Shown one piece after another: positions 11,432-25,496 of a stretch of 64,000 nt of DNA. A program made the translations under genes and the position numbers. The notes beneath the pieces are model-generated. The model saw nothing but the letters and a program-made list of their open reading frames with translations, was not told the DNA's origin and made no database searches. This DNA comes from Guillardia theta CCMP2712 (lineage: Eukaryota > Protista > Cryptophyta), in NCBI RefSeq assembly GCF_000315625.1, contig NW_005434592.1:11454-75453 (forward strand). The letters are read 5' to 3'. Numbering within the stretch: position 1 is the stretch's first letter; each line of letters opens with the position of its first letter.

Positions 11432-12039
11432 TTCTCTCCCCGGCAATGATACACGTTCCTATTCGTCCTTACTCTGATGTCTCTTCTGAAACATCGTTCC
11501 TTCCCGGATCGTCCGACATCTCTCATGTGGCTCTCCATCTTCTCATTCTCATCTACGTCTACAGGCATCATTCTTCATTTTCTCTCTATTGAGTGTACAT
11601 GAGATCCAATACTGCTTTTCTGAATTTCACCCTCTGCGTTCACTGTGATAAACGTCGCCGATGTCACGTATGACCATTCCGTCCTCAGGCATGTTTTTCT
11701 GTGTACACAACCTGCTTCTGTACGGGTCGAGCAACATAGAATGTGCATCGATCTTGCTTAATCCCGACTCTGAACTCAACTTTTATTCTTGACTCATAAT
11801 CCACGTTTCGTTGGGAGTCGTGAGGTTGGGGTGCTTTCGGCTGAAAGAATCAAAATCGACCCTTGTGCATAATGCAACCTCAAGTAAGTCCGGGCATGTT
11901 GACAATATCTAGATATTGAATGATGACATGCTTTATTTCCACTCTAGACCTGAAATATGAGGAAAGACACAAGGAGGATGGGGCAAGAGCGTAGACCTAA
12001 CTCTCGCAACTAGCGATATGCCCACGTTGCCACAGCTCA

Positions 12040-13462
12040 TCAGGCATTCATCCTGCTTGGCCCTCCTAGGTAATACTTGATAACTTTTCCGCCCGGAGTC
12101 TGCGGTTGAATGGCAAGTCTGCCACTTGGAGGACAGTATCTGTCATGCTTTCCTTGACGATCCTGCAGAAAGTATTGGAGATAGCAAGGCTTGGGGGAAG
12201 CAGCTGACATACCTTGATCTTGACCGTCTCTTCCACATGAGTCCTCAAATAAGACTCGTATGGCGATAGAGATACCCATGGAGGTTGCAAAACGAACTCA
12301 ATGTAGCTGCGGCCCAGGAATAAGGGCGGACGATACAAGAAACATCCTGATTCTCTTACCCATTGCTGCGCTTGCCCCATCGAGAAGGTAGCTTTCTCAA
12401 TACGTATTCAACTGATGCTGGATGCGACTTGACTAGATTGTACATATATCTCAGTAGCTCTTTTCGTCCACCGCTTTCCTGGACACTCTGTGAATGTACG
12501 AGATGCGCAAACTGTGACTCACTTCTCCGAAGTCGTCAGTGAATAGACAGACAATCAGCCCGCCCTTATCAGCATAGCTGCGCTCGAAAGACGCTTGCCA
12601 ATCGGCACGTAGAGTAGCGGATAGCCTCGTTAACAACTCCTGTTGGAAATCAATCAGACTTAGATTCTATCGTTACATGTTTACATGTTGTAATGACTTG
12701 TGCTTGTGCGTTTCTCTGCTTGCATTCTGCCTTCCTCCTGGCACAAACTGCTTCTTCGATGGTGAAAATTGCTGGAGAAAGATCACGAGCAGTGAGAACT
12801 TCGACTACAGCATGCAGCATAACACGTACAGATGTGGAAGCAGAAGAGGCCGAGTGGAAAGTCTCTATTCGGGACTGATACGGTTCTGATTCATATCTGA
12901 AGGGTTCTGTTTAACTTGTGCACAAGGGTTCGCACTGCAAGGCAAATCACCTGAAGTGCGTAAACGATCCTTGCTTGTCCAAAGTCACCGGCACCCCTGT
13001 CTTCATCGACTTCGGCCCGATTATCTTTGCTTCCTTTGCCGCTCGTTCTGCAGCTCGCTGCTGGCGCTCGAAGTCATAGTCGTTGGGGATGTGCGCGAAG
13101 GAAGAGAAAGTCTTGGGGGCGATAGTATGCCTCCTCGGTGAGAGTGTGCCCTCAACGGTACCCAAAAGCTTCTTGCGCATTTCACTCTGCCGTGGAGAAA
13201 CAGAGTCCATGTTGTATATTGCATATCCCTGAAGTGAAGACTCTGTTTGCCACGGCTTGGCAGCTCTTGTTGGTTTCTCACTCCTGATTTCCTCTATCAT
13301 GCCAGCCTTGAGTTTTGCCGGGAGCTTTCTGAGCTGGACGAAAGACGTGGGCAGGAACGCATACCGGACCACATCTTCCTCATACACACCAAAGTATCGC
13401 TCCGCGCTCTTTGTATTCCTCAGATACCCTGGAAGCTCCTTTTTGGACGCCATCTCAGGCAA
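12040..13462 (-). CDS. Uncharacterised multi-exon protein
   Basis: Protein-like exon ORFs (MASKKELPGYLRNTKSAERYFG..., FAHIPNDYDFERQQR, LSATLRADWQASF, YLQYFLQDR) separated by short GT-AG introns. Confidence 0.6.
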
Positions 13463-14048
13463 TGACCCGAGCTAGTGCCAACAGCACCCTTGTTTCCTCA
13501 AGCATCTCTGGCCCCTATCGCAGCCTCAGCACGAGCCCACCTGTCCATCTCAGGTGGTGTGAAGGCCTCTTCCTGGCAGCTCCCAGCTCCTCCTCGTCCG
13601 AGCATCAAGGTCCTTCCCATCCTCCCCGCCCTCCACGTCCTCCGCTCCTCCTCACTTTCGCTCAACAGACGGCAGTTGAGCCGTTACACTGCGTTACACT
13701 CAACCGGCGGCCGGTAGGTAAGATTGAATCGATTTGAATCAGGAGAGCATCGATTCAAACCAAGGGCAGGCTCGGGGGACGCATGGCAGGTGTCGGGAGG
13801 CAGGGAGGAGAGGAGGGGGGAAGACAAGAGAGCGGGAGGAGGAGGGGGCGGGGAGCACATACATAGAGGGAGCAGTGAGCGAGAGACGTCCTAGTGCCGT
13901 CCCGGCCCGTCTCTTGCCTCGGCTCGCGCTCAGAAGGGGAGGCGCTGCCAGGTTCCATTGCATCGCCGGACAGCTGGCCTTGTCGCCTCTGACGCAGGGG
14001 AGGCGGAGGCAGAGGGAGCAAGAGAGTCTGCTGTGCATACGTTCGAAC

Positions 14049-17000
14049 ATGCTGCAGCCGAACGGAACGGGGGGGAGACAGCTCCTGAATCGCAGCAAGC
14101 GGTACCTGATGGCCTTGGACCATGAACGAGCTCTTCGCTCGCCGCTGCATCTTCAGCGAGGGAAGGAGTCGGAAGCTAAGTTGTCATTCGGAGCTCCCAG
14201 CGCACAGAGCTCTTCTTTCCTGTCTCAGGCAAACTGGCAAACGTTGAGAAGCCTCGGCGCCCATTGGACGTGTCGGTCCCTCAGTTTTGCAGGACCCTGC
14301 CTCTTGCCAGGGGCAGCGAACAGGAGGAATGCCTCCTCTGTTGAAGTTTCCGAAGTTTCTGTCAAGGATTTGAAGCTGTCTCGCCTTTGGAAGTCGAGAC
14401 AGATAGATGAGTTCATCCAAGTATGCTAGTATGCCTCCTGTTTGCCCCTTGGTGACCTCGTGGCCTCGACAGGAATTTGAATCGCTGGCGATGTCAGAGG
14501 GAGTTGGTCAGAACAGTCAGAACATGGCGATACGAGCATATGGGATGAAGAAGAATGTGTCAGCTGCGAAGCGAGTGTTCGACAAGCTTATTGCCCGGCA
14601 GAAGGTCTGAGGTGGGAGAGGAGGGAGACGAAGGTTCACAACTCACGACAGGCGGACGTTTACAGCTACGGAGCCATGGTTTCGGCTCTCTGCAGTGTTG
14701 AGCGGCTGAATGATGCGTATGAGCTGATCCAGAGCATGTAAGATCCTCCTTGCGCTTGCGCGCGATGAGATGGATGATGGGACGTTGGCCAGGAGAGGAT
14801 CCAACGTGAGGCCGAACCTGATTGTGTACAATACTCTCTTTCACGCGGCGATCACAAAAGGTTTGTTTACCCTGCACATGCTTTGCGCATGTCGTGTAAT
14901 GTCTTGGTAAGGGAAACAAATCATGGCGCAAAAGCTAAGGGAGGAGATTGAAAGTTTGCAGCTGGGAAGCAGCGAGATGTTTCTAATCGGACTCCTGAGA
15001 CTTGTGAACCAGTCCGGCTTCCTCGATGTTCGCTGACAGCTTCTGATAGGAGAGCGTATCGGGGAGCAAACAACGATTGCAGCAAGTGTGGAAACAAGAA
15101 ATCAAAGCTATCTACTCTTCGAACCAGGTGATACCATTGCAACATGTCCGTTCTCACACTCACGTATGACGGACACAGCACGTGGGGTTTCCAGCGCTGG
15201 CCTCGTACTGTAATGCACTGAACAAGTCCGTTGCAGCAGCTGCCAGTGTTGCTCCTGACATGCTGTGCTTGAACAGGCTTGATTGCCCGGAGCTCGCTGT
15301 TCCTCTACTCGAAGTGATGCCGAATAGATGTTTGTTGTGCATACTTACGAAGACTGTGGCACAGGTACTCTGCAACAAGAAGCTGTTCCCGATGACGTAC
15401 GAAGACGCACTGACTGTTATCGACGGTACGTTGAAGTCCCTACATCTAAGAGCTGTGACTTGCGAGGAAACAGACGACATGGCGCAAAAGTTTGTTGCCG
15501 ACGGGAACAACGGAGGCCCTGGTGAGATCAGCGCGGCTCCGCATGACAAGCACATCCGTGCGGCCTTTGATGCCACGATCTCTGCTCTCTGGTAAGTAGA
15601 AGAGGTCGCGGGCCGGAAGGTGGTGATGGGGGGGCATGTGCAGCCGGAGAAGAGACATCGCAAGGGTGAATCAAGTCGTTGAGACCATGGTGAACTGCAA
15701 GGTGGAGCCGAGGTATAATCTTCGGTCACTTCCTTGTCCTGACCTCTCTATCACGCTTCTCCTCCTCTCCCATCGTCTCCTTTCTCAACTCCGTGCTGCA
15801 GGGCAACCTGTTCCCTATCATCCTCTTACCTCCTGACTGATCCCTTGCGCGATCTTCGCTTCCCAGCATGGGACTTGTTCCCTCTCCCTTATTCTCCAAA
15901 CTCTGCTTTGATTTTAACTTGATTCTTGCCTCTGCCAGCTCGTCTACCATCGCTGCTCTTGCAAGGATCATGCCGCTGGATTCGACAGGGTAATCCTCCT
16001 CTCCTTCGTGACCTAGTTGACTCACCAGCACTCCTCCTTTTCAGGGAAATCCTCGCCGTCAACCATCAGGTTTGCTTTTTCACGTTCAATCCTGACAGAC
16101 TGATGGCATCTTCACCAGCATACGAAGGGGGCCAATCAATTGAATCTCACGTTGATCAGGTGGAAGCAACCTTTCAGTCGGCCCTTGCGTTGTCTAACAA
16201 GCTTGCTCACAGAAATTTTTCCAAACATCTGTTCAACAACGTTGAAGCTCGGAACGCAATGCTGTCCAGGGCTGCAAGCAGCAGCGTCACAGAACTGGAG
16301 TTGTTGTGGCAGAAGCTCCTGCAGGACAGCTGGGAGGTGAAGTTATTTTCACGTTGCTCATGTGGCGCCTGTGGAGATTGAACCTCATCTGCAGCCTGAC
16401 ATTTGTAGTTTCAACATCCTCCTTGCAACCTACGCCCGGTAAGATGTTTGAAGTTGTTGTTTGATGCACCTTCACTCACGTGGCACCCTTAGCCTTCGCG
16501 ATGTTGAGAGGGCATGGATGACTTTCGAGCTGATTAAAGAGAAGTGAGCTTGCTGTTGCAGAGAAGGAAGTTGGTGCTGTCCTGACTATTTTTCTCGATC
16601 ACAGACGACTTGTTCCCACTGAGAGCACGTGCGTATCGATGATCGTTGCTCATTCAAAACTCAAGGTCCGGCCTCATGCATTCCATGAGGAGAGGTTGAC
16701 TGATGACCATGACAGAGACAAGATCAAGCCGCGTTTCGCGTCGTGGAGGTTCTTAATGTTGAAGATCTGGTTTCCTCCCTCACCTTGTTTGGTTGAACGC
16801 AACAGTTTGTCCAAGAGATGAAGAGGATGAAGATCGATCACACTGTTAAAACTGCCGCGGCCCTCATCCGGGTTTACGGTCAACTCGGACTCTGCGATCA
16901 AGCGTTGATGGTGTGGACCTGGAGATCTCGACTGCTGGTTGAGATGTTATGACGCCACCTCTTTGAAGGTCTTGGATGAGTTGAAGAAATTGGACATCGA

Positions 17001-18936
17001 GCCGAACATCAAGTGATTTCTCCAGCTCTTGTCTTATTCCTTCCTTTCTCACCTTTGATTCCCAGCTCCCACAACGCGATGATGAATGGATTCGTCGACT
17101 CACAGGAGGTTGTGATGACGTGTCACCCCTAGAGGCTGACGACACCTCAGGGAGCTGAGATGACTTTGAACTATTTCATCCGCATGATTGGCGAGGGTAA
17201 GTCGGATGAGATAGCGACAAAGATGGAGATGGAGATGGAGATGGAGATGGAGATGGAGATGGAGATGGAGATGGAGATGGAGATGGAGGATAGATACTAG
17301 AAATGAGAGCAAGAATGAGAGGAGGTGAGCTCAATAGATGCTTGCTTGTGGTGTCACCCGGAGAAGAAAGAAAAGAGATTTGAGGGCAGGAGGCTGGGTG
17401 GCAGGGGAGTAATTTCTCTGCAGGTGTACAACCTGATCGACACTCGTACAACATTCTCATCTCTGCGTGCTCGGAGCATGGTGGGGGGGGTGACAGGAAG
17501 GGAGCTGGCTCTCTTGACGTGTCACTGCAGAAGAGTTCTTCGGGCTAGCTCAATTCTTTCTTGCCTTCATGATCAACTCTGGTCTCAAACCAGAGGTGAG
17601 AGTTATTCTGTCATTCAATGCTTTGCTCCCTTCCAGCCAAAGTCCTTCGCTCCCTGTCTCTCCCCCGCTAAAAGCCTCATTCCTGCCTTTTCTGTTGCTT
17701 GCCCTATCCCTTGATCTCCACTTCTTCCAGTCATTTCTTTCCATTCCTGTGCGGTTGTATCAATCCTGTTTGGCTCCAACTCCTCCCCCCCACCCCAACC
17801 TCTCCGTCTCTCCTCCTCTTACCCCATCTCGTGCTCCATCTCCTTTCCTTTCCTCGCTCACCGCCTCAATCAGGCCGATTCCTTTAACAGTGCGATACGA
17901 GTCGCGCTTCTTCACTCAGGTCTGGCACGTCACTCATGTCATGCCTGCCATCCTGATGCGGTTGCGGTCAGACCAACAGGCTGCTTTCGTGCACACCAAG
18001 TACATCTTGGAAGATATGATCAGCTCGCAAGTGATAGCGGACGAGAACACGTTCAAGACCATCCTCAAGGTCGTCAGCAACATGGCGCAGCTCTCAGGAC
18101 AGGTAATGGTTGATTTGCTTCATCGCTGCCATCACCATCGACATAATCCTCGATTCATTCATCCTCGACATAATCTTCTACGTCGTCATCATCTCCAACT
18201 TCATCACCACCACCACCACCATCGTCGTCATCGTCATCACCATCATCATCATCATCACCACCACCACCACCACTATCATCATCACCATCCTCATCATTGT
18301 CATCATCATCGTCATCATCATGCTTTCTTGTGAGGTTTGCTGATGCAGAGCATGCGCGTCCTCTTCGAGCTCTGCTTCAAAGCTGGATCGAGACCACACG
18401 TAATATCATCCCTCCCGCTGGCCTCGTTCCCCCCTCTCCTCTCATGCTCTCTCCCCCCACCTTCCCCTCTTTCGCTGCCTCTCCTCGTCTCTTCCCTCTC
18501 ATGCTCCTCCTTCAGCACCGTCTCCTCGAGGATGTCATCCACACGTGGCTGGAGGACGCGAAGCAAAAGGAGGTGAATGCCGACTGTGCTGCCGACTGTG
18601 CTGCCTTGAGGAGCTGGTGGAGGTGACGGTGCTCTAGGGCGTTGGCCTCTTCGTCCTCGGCATCAAGTTCGAGATCTTCACATATCAGAAGGCTCTCAAG
18701 CTTGAGGTTCCGGGACTCCTTACCTTCCCCTGCTCACCCTCCTGCCAGGAGAACATCCGCAACACTCTCTTAGAGAATTACACCGAGGTCCTGCCCTCGT
18801 GCTTCCCTCCCCCCCCCCCCCCCCTTCGGTGACTGCTGCTCTACAGAACTCCAAGCTTCTCCTTCAAGACCTCCAGGGCATCCGTCAGTTCCTCCTCTCC
18901 AAGAACCCTCCCTTCTCCATCGATTCCCGGCAATGA
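14049..18936 (+). CDS. Pentatricopeptide-repeat (PPR) protein (multi-exon; start uncertain)
   Basis: PPR-like motifs across exons: NMAIRAYGMKKNVSAAKRVFDKL, PNLIVYNTLFHAA, PDICSFNILLATYA, PTESTCVSMIVAHSK, ADENTFKTILKV. Confidence 0.75.
17222..17290. repeat. (GATGGA)n intronic microsatellite
   Basis: Directly visible. Confidence 0.95.
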
Positions 18937-19628
18937 CCTCGAAAGAATTTTCATTAGCGCAGGCTGCTAGCTTAGTAAAGCCCGGAGTCGCCCGGCTGTA
19001 CTGTGACTCTGAGTGCCACGACTGTTCGACTCTTCCGCGACGAGTTCTGATGAGATGGTGACTGGGCTATGACTCAGTGACTCCCCGGCCCCAGCCTACT
19101 AACTAAGTTAACCGGCGCCGCGGCCAGCAGCCTCTATCGAGTATGGACTCGTCAGCTGCGCCGCCGGCTAAGCCTGGCCCCCCAGCCTGGCTTGCCGCAG
19201 TGCCCCGGCAGCCCGGCCCGCCCTCCGAGTCACCCGGCGCCGGGCCAGCCTGCCGGCCCCTGCCGCGCGGCGGCGGAGCGGACATCGGAGCGTCTCAGTA
19301 CGGTGCCTGCGGTGCCAGGCAGGATTGAGGGTGCGGGCCAACCCCTAAATTCCAGAGCTACCACTCCTGCGACCACTACCACCACCATTGCCATGGCGAT
19401 CACCACACTAGAGGGAGAAGAAGCTCAAGTCAGAGAGTGACCAACTGCCAGCCCTCTCGTCTTCACTCCCTTGTCCTCTTGCTACCTCTTGTCTTCTCTC
19501 TGCTGCTGTCAAGGATGGGGTGGGGTGGGGGAGAGGAGCACTTTGTGAAGCGCAGTCGGAGAGCACTTGATGATTTGAGAGGATCTTGACTTTGATGACA
19601 GGAGCGGATTCGATCACCTTGGAGGATC

Positions 19629-21014
19629 ATGCGGCAGATCAGAGCCATCGGCCTTGAGATTCTGCCTCTCGTTATCCTGCTGAGTCAACTAGACAGCCAA
19701 ATCGCCAGCGTAGACTCGCTATCCTCCTGCCACCGCCATCATCCTCTTGCTCGCAGATTCTCTCTCCATGCTCTTCGTGGGGGACTGGGGCGTTCTGAAG
19801 CAGCAGATGATGACGAGGAATTAAGCTCGGAGTCGGAGAAGGGAAATGACGGAGATTGGGCTGACAACAACGCTGAGGGCAAGGGCAAGGGCAAGGGCAA
19901 GGGCAAGGCTGCTGCAAAACCGAGAGGAGCAGGTACATCCTAGGTGCTGTACCTGCATTCCTGAATCTCTCCACTCTCATCCAGCCAAAGCAAGGGGGAG
20001 AGGAAGAGGTGGAAAGAAATCTGTTGCGTCCTCAAGATCGCAAGGGGAGGAAGCAGTCGGCACAGAAGATGAGGCGAAGGAAGCATCGGATGGTGGAGCA
20101 AACGAGATGTCAGCTGACAAGAAAGCTGCCTCTGCAAGATCTTCAAAGAAGGTGGCATGCATCCATAAGAGATTTGTTCGCCATGCTGATTATCCACAGA
20201 CCGATCTGCAGAGCAAGCAGTGGGCCAAGGACGCCATTGCAGCAACTGCCGGCTTCGAGTACGTCAGGAGGTCAGGACTGAGCCTGGACTGTGCATGATG
20301 TGACATGAGCTGCTTAGAACTTTACCTAACCTTCCGCCAAGCTCCATCCCGAACAAGGACGAAGACCCGTAAGTCTACAGGAGAGCGTCCTTGTGCGGCT
20401 GAGAGGTTCTCCAGGCGATTGCTCCCAGTGAGACCGAAAGGGCTGCGAAAAGTCTGGCAGAAGGTTGAGAAATGCGAGGAAGGGACGGCAGGAGCCAGGC
20501 TTTCTGGTCTTTCAGGTCATTCGCTCAGCAAGTGCGGGCTGAGGGAAAGTGCCTGACGTCGTGGATCAGTTGCCAGCGCAAACGTGGAGGAGCCGAACTC
20601 ACCGAAAAGCTCCAACGAGAAGTTGTCTGGGAAGAAGCAGGTCGAAGAGCAGCGGACTGCTCACAGACCCATGATGTGCCTGGTGACAGGTGAAGCATGT
20701 GGTGAGAATGTCGGGGCTAAGACGACAAGTACAAGACAACTCGTTCACCCTCCACCCTTATGCAAACAGCAGCGCCCTCCCAGGTGATACCAAGCACTTG
20801 CTGCTTCCTCTAGCTTACATGCTGTATAGCAGAGGTGGATCATATTTCAGCGCCAACAGCACGAACATCCAATGCTCCGGCCAAGAGTGCAGAATCGTCT
20901 GAAGAACTGCCCAACGAGGATGCTGCTGCAGGTGGGGAGGCAAGCGAGGAAGGAATGAAGGACAGCGGCGATGATGTCAAGTCTGAAGGTGGTCAAGCTG
21001 AAGTCTCTGACTAA
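19629..21014 (+). CDS. Hypothetical protein with signal peptide and LRGG-terminated leader (multi-exon)
   Basis: MRQIRAIGLEILPLVILLSQL...RRFSLHALRGG, followed by charged low-complexity exons. Confidence 0.55.
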
Positions 21015-21292
21015 CTAGAGCAGACGATATGTTAGTGGGAGGGTCCCAAGGTGCTGTGTGCGCAATGTAAAGAAGAATTTAATAAACTTAAAAGTCTTGG
21101 TGTAGAGAGAAAAAATACGATGAAGATTCGAAGATAAGAGAGAAGGGGGGAGGGGTGGGGGGTCAAAAAGAATAAAGGCATCGCTGCACACCTCGTGTTG
21201 TGGAACAAACGTCACCCTAGATCGAAGACCAGGCTGAATCCCCAAGAAAAGTCGTAGCGAGGCCACGAGTGCGGGTTAATAAAAAAAACAGC

Positions 21293-21832
21293 TCATTCGT
21301 TCTTCTCATCCGGGTCCTTCCTGAAGGAAGCTTCTAGCAGTCGCAGCTGGAGTGTGAAGCCTGCGTTCGGAGCCGCTGCTGGATGCTTGATGCGTATCCT
21401 TCTCATGCTCTCGTCGTAGGAGATGCACTCCTTCCTCATGAGATAGTGAGCAACCAGCGCAACCGATCGCGATATCCCGCTGGCACAGTGCACCAGCACT
21501 GCCCCTGCGGGAGAATGCTGATACGCGCTCTCGATGAAATCCCAGCTGAGCCGGCATGCCTCGCTCAGGTCCGTTTTTTCCGTGTCTGTGATAGGGCAGG
21601 TGAAGTACTGGATCGAGGGAAAAGGGCTGCTCCCATCGCGGGAGGCGTTCACGATGTACTTGATGTTCAGAGAGGAAACGAGATCCCAGTTTGTTGCTTG
21701 AGCGCGGTTGCCGATGAAAAGCTTGCCCTCCAAGATCTGCAACATTGGGTCAGAAAAACGCATGTAAGAATCTCGTCTCTGCTCACCTCTGCTGGTTGTG
21801 CGTCTTTCGGCTCCTGTATGCTGATTCCCCAT
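21293..21832 (-). CDS. Atypical dual-specificity protein phosphatase
   Basis: LFIGN, IKYIVNAS, general-acid loop ITDTE, catalytic VHCASGISRS and PNAGFTLQL; Gly2 (MGNQHT) suggests N-myristoylation. Confidence 0.93.
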   Translation of the reverse strand: MGNQHTGAERRTTSRGEQRRDSYMRFSDPMLQILEGKLFIGNRAQATNWDLVSSLNIKYIVNASRDGSSPFPSIQYFTCPITDTEKTDLSEACRLSWDFIESAYQHSPAGAVLVHCASGISRSVALVAHYLMRKECISYDESMRRIRIKHPAAAPNAGFTLQLRLLEASFRKDPDEKNE

Positions 21833-24394
21833 TTTTTCCCCTTGCTCCTTGATTTCTGCATCCTCGGCGGAGAACTGCTCATCCAGTCTTGATACTCAAA
21901 GCAGGATTGAATGGCACGGGACTCGACTTGGCAAACAGCCATTACCTCAGCCAGACTCCCTAAGCGCAAATGGGCATGCGGCCCTGAGGACAGAATTTCC
22001 ACAACAAGCTTATACCCTCCTCAAATATTTATCATGCAAGTCCGTGACACCAATCTCAGATCCAATCCAGAACCAGATCAGGAAAGCGTTGAACGACCAG
22101 TACTTCTGATTACGTAACCTGAAAACAAACAATCCAGCAGCGCTCAGGACGGCAGAGATTTGCTCCAATGATTCTTGGAGATGGAATTCGAGCTTGAATC
22201 GGTTCAAAGGTCGATTCTTCTTAGCCAAGGAAGAAACGAAGAATGAAGAATTAGAATCGAAAGAGTTGATTCAAGACGAGTATGCGATCGCTGATAGAGA
22301 ATCGTGACGAGAACAAGCGAGCGGAAGCAACGACAGGGTAGAATCGCTCGGTCTCCGAGGAGAAGGAAAGAGGAGGGGAGGGGAGGGGGAGGGGGAGGAG
22401 AGAAGGGGAGGTTGTTGCAAGATCAGATCACCACGGGCATTACGAGTGAAGGGGACGGAGCGATTTGCAAGTCTGGCCTCGTGAGTATCTAAGGTGGGGT
22501 GGGGGTACTGGACCGAGGGGTAACCGAAAAAAGAGGGTGGGGTTATCAAGTACGGGGTACTTTGTGTCATCACCTGTGAGGAAAAAGGGGGTGATATTTC
22601 GTAAGGTAGGATAAGCCGGTCACGTCGGAAGGGGGGTACTGGGAAGTCCGAATTATCGAGCTAAAAGGGATGAAGGGACGTGGGCATAGGAGGGGTGGGG
22701 TGACAAAATTAGTCCCTAATGGGTGGTGAGGGTACCTATACCACCCCTGTGTTGAAAGATAATTCTATAGAGGTAGCGTTCTGAGTGTTTTACATGTGAG
22801 AAAACAAGGGGTGCTATTGGACCGGTACCCCTCTTTTACACCATGGGGTCCGTTCATATGGGGTGTCAAAACGCATCTGTTATCGAACGAGGGTGGGGTG
22901 GTTGCTCCCAAAATACCAGATGGGATTGTACCTGAAAATATCTCAAAACAGTTATAAAAATGCAACTCTTCGACTAAAATCTATTTACATCGTCTACGAT
23001 AATCACCGAACATAGCTACTTTCCTTCATTTTAGAGATTTATAACTCGAAGCTCCAGATAACTTGGTACAAGAAAAGTGTAGAGAGATCATTATCTTGAT
23101 TTTAAAATAAATTTCTTTAATGAAAATTGGTACCGCTCGATGTCCACCCCACAATCTGAGGGAAACTTTTGGGGTACACATGACAAACAAAAGGTTGAAT
23201 CAAAAAAGTATATTCATTTTTATTTCATTATTACTGGAATCGGCCGGGCCCGTGTCTGTCACGGCACCTGCCGGGCCCGGGCCGGGTCACTACTGAGATG
23301 TACCAACGCTTTAAAATGCTTCCATGCGTTCCATTTGTCCGTTATCATCGTTTTTATCGTTAAGATTTCATAACGGAGGAAAAAAAGAGTCTGTGTGTGG
23401 TGGGTACTGATTTCATGCATGGTACCTCTGATGGAGATGTAGATTTCAATGAAATGGTAGGGTAGTGAATAGTGCAAAGGGGGCATATACGCTGTAATTT
23501 AATAATGATATCAATAGTAAAATAGCGAGATCTAGCTGCAAAAGAAAAGGGAAATTTATCTTCTGGGGTAGGGTTACAAACGAGAGGGTAGGGTATATGT
23601 AGAATGAGATCAGGGGTGGGGTCCTGCATGCGTGAGATGGCGGGAGCTGTGCTCTGCGACTAGGGAGGGGATAAAGGCAAGGAGCGCGAGAGATCGTGGG
23701 CTCTGGACAAGAGGAGGAGGATTTCATGAGCAAATGTTTTAATCGAGAGAGGACAAGATGATTTTAAGAGATGTGAGAAGGAAGGTCACGGAGCTCGAAA
23801 GCTGATGGTGGTTGACGAAAAGATACTAGGAGATTGCGGCTTTTAGATCCGTTTTGTCTAGTTTTTTTGAACAGCATTCTTTGTTGCTTTGTTGCAATCA
23901 TTGTACTACAACAATATCTTCAGTCTATACTGTTTAGAACATCTGTTTGCATCCTAATTGGGGAAGATGCATCAACCTTCCACCGAGGAAATATGATGCT
24001 AAAATATGATGAAGTTGATCCGAGAATCTTGAATCTTCTTTCATATTGCAAGAATTGAACTGTCATGATTCCTGGTTTCATATTTGAATCTCTGCATGTC
24101 TCTGTCTCTCTATAGTATTTATGTGCATGATGCTATCGCATTCTCGCACTTCGCTACTAGCTTCCTCTCACCTCAGTTTCCCCTGCACTTGCGCAAAGGA
24201 GTAGAAAACAAAATCATTTGTACATAATCCTGCTCAGATTTCGTGTTTCTTTACGTGTAGAATGAATGTGGATAACATCTAATTTGGATCACTCAATCTG
24301 GCTTGCTTGCTACATTGTGATCACTTTTGTTTTCCAGGATCTCTCTTGTTTCTAGCCGCCAGTACGCTGTTGCGAGTTTCGATTCTTCTGCACG

Positions 24395-25496
24395 ATGCCT
24401 CCCAAAGCTTCCAAGAAGGAAGTTGCCAAAGCACAAAAGAAGGTCATTGAGGACAAGACCTTCGGTTTGAAGAACAAGAACAAATCCAAAGTTGTCCAGA
24501 ATTTCGTTCAGCAAGTTACCCAAAACGCGAAACGTGCAGGTTTGTCAAAGGATGAGGCCGTGCGGAAAGAGAAGGAGAAAGAAGAGAGAACGAACAGAAA
24601 GGCTGAAAAGGAGGCGAGAGATGCCGAGCTTCGAATGCTTTTCGCCCCAGCTGTGAAGAAGAAGGAGAAGGAAGCTGCTGTTGCGAAGAAAGATGAAGCT
24701 CCCAAGGAGGAGGAGACCGAGATGATTTCTGCCCAGGATGCCTACAATGAGGCCAAGAGAAACGAAGATCTCGCCAAGGCCGAAGCCGTTCTTGGAGAGC
24801 AGAAGGATGATGACATATACGATGCCATCGAGCGCGAGAGAGCCGAACTGAGGAAGCGAGGAAATTTAACACCTGTAACCTACGACAACTTCGTGGCGTG
24901 GAAAGCACGAAAGGCAGAAGAAAGGAAGCAGAAGGATATTGCAGAGGCCAAGAAGATGCTCGCAGCTGCAAAGCAGATCAAAGGGAAGAGTGGGAAAGAC
25001 CTGTTCAATCAGCTTGCGGCAGCGAATGCGGATCTGTTCTTGGATGATGATGAGGCTGATGACGATTGGATGATAAGGGAGAAAGATTCTGATGATGAGG
25101 AAGAGGTTTACGACATTCAAGTCACTGGAACTTCCTTCTCATTGCAAAAGGTCAACAAGGGTGGGCCAAGCGCACAGGCAGAGTCAAAGGAGGTGAGATC
25201 CCTTGATCAAGTTGAATTTCAAACCCCTTCAACCACTCTGCTTCCCTTCGTCCCGTTTTTAACTTTCTCAACTCTTCTTTCCTGTCCTCTTGTTCCTTCT
25301 ACTCAACTCTGCTTGCCTGTCCTTATGCTTATCCTGAAGAACTTATGTGTTCAGAGTATGTTGCATTTCAACAGATTGAGAATTTTGTCAGGATCAAAAG
25401 GACAACGCTACTGCTGGTGAAACAGAGTTGGCTGCTGCAGTTGACGCATCGTTGTTCCTCGATGAAGACGTGGATTTGCCCTCTGACGACGACTGA
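24395..25496 (+). CDS. ZC3H15/Tma46/DFRP1-like protein lacking CCCH zinc fingers
   Basis: Diagnostic N-terminus KVIEDKTFGLKNKNKSKVVQNFVQQV, DFRP motif IERERAEL...LTPVTYDNFVAWK...SGKDLF, C-terminal VDASLFLDED; one intron at about 25192-25391. Confidence 0.85.
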
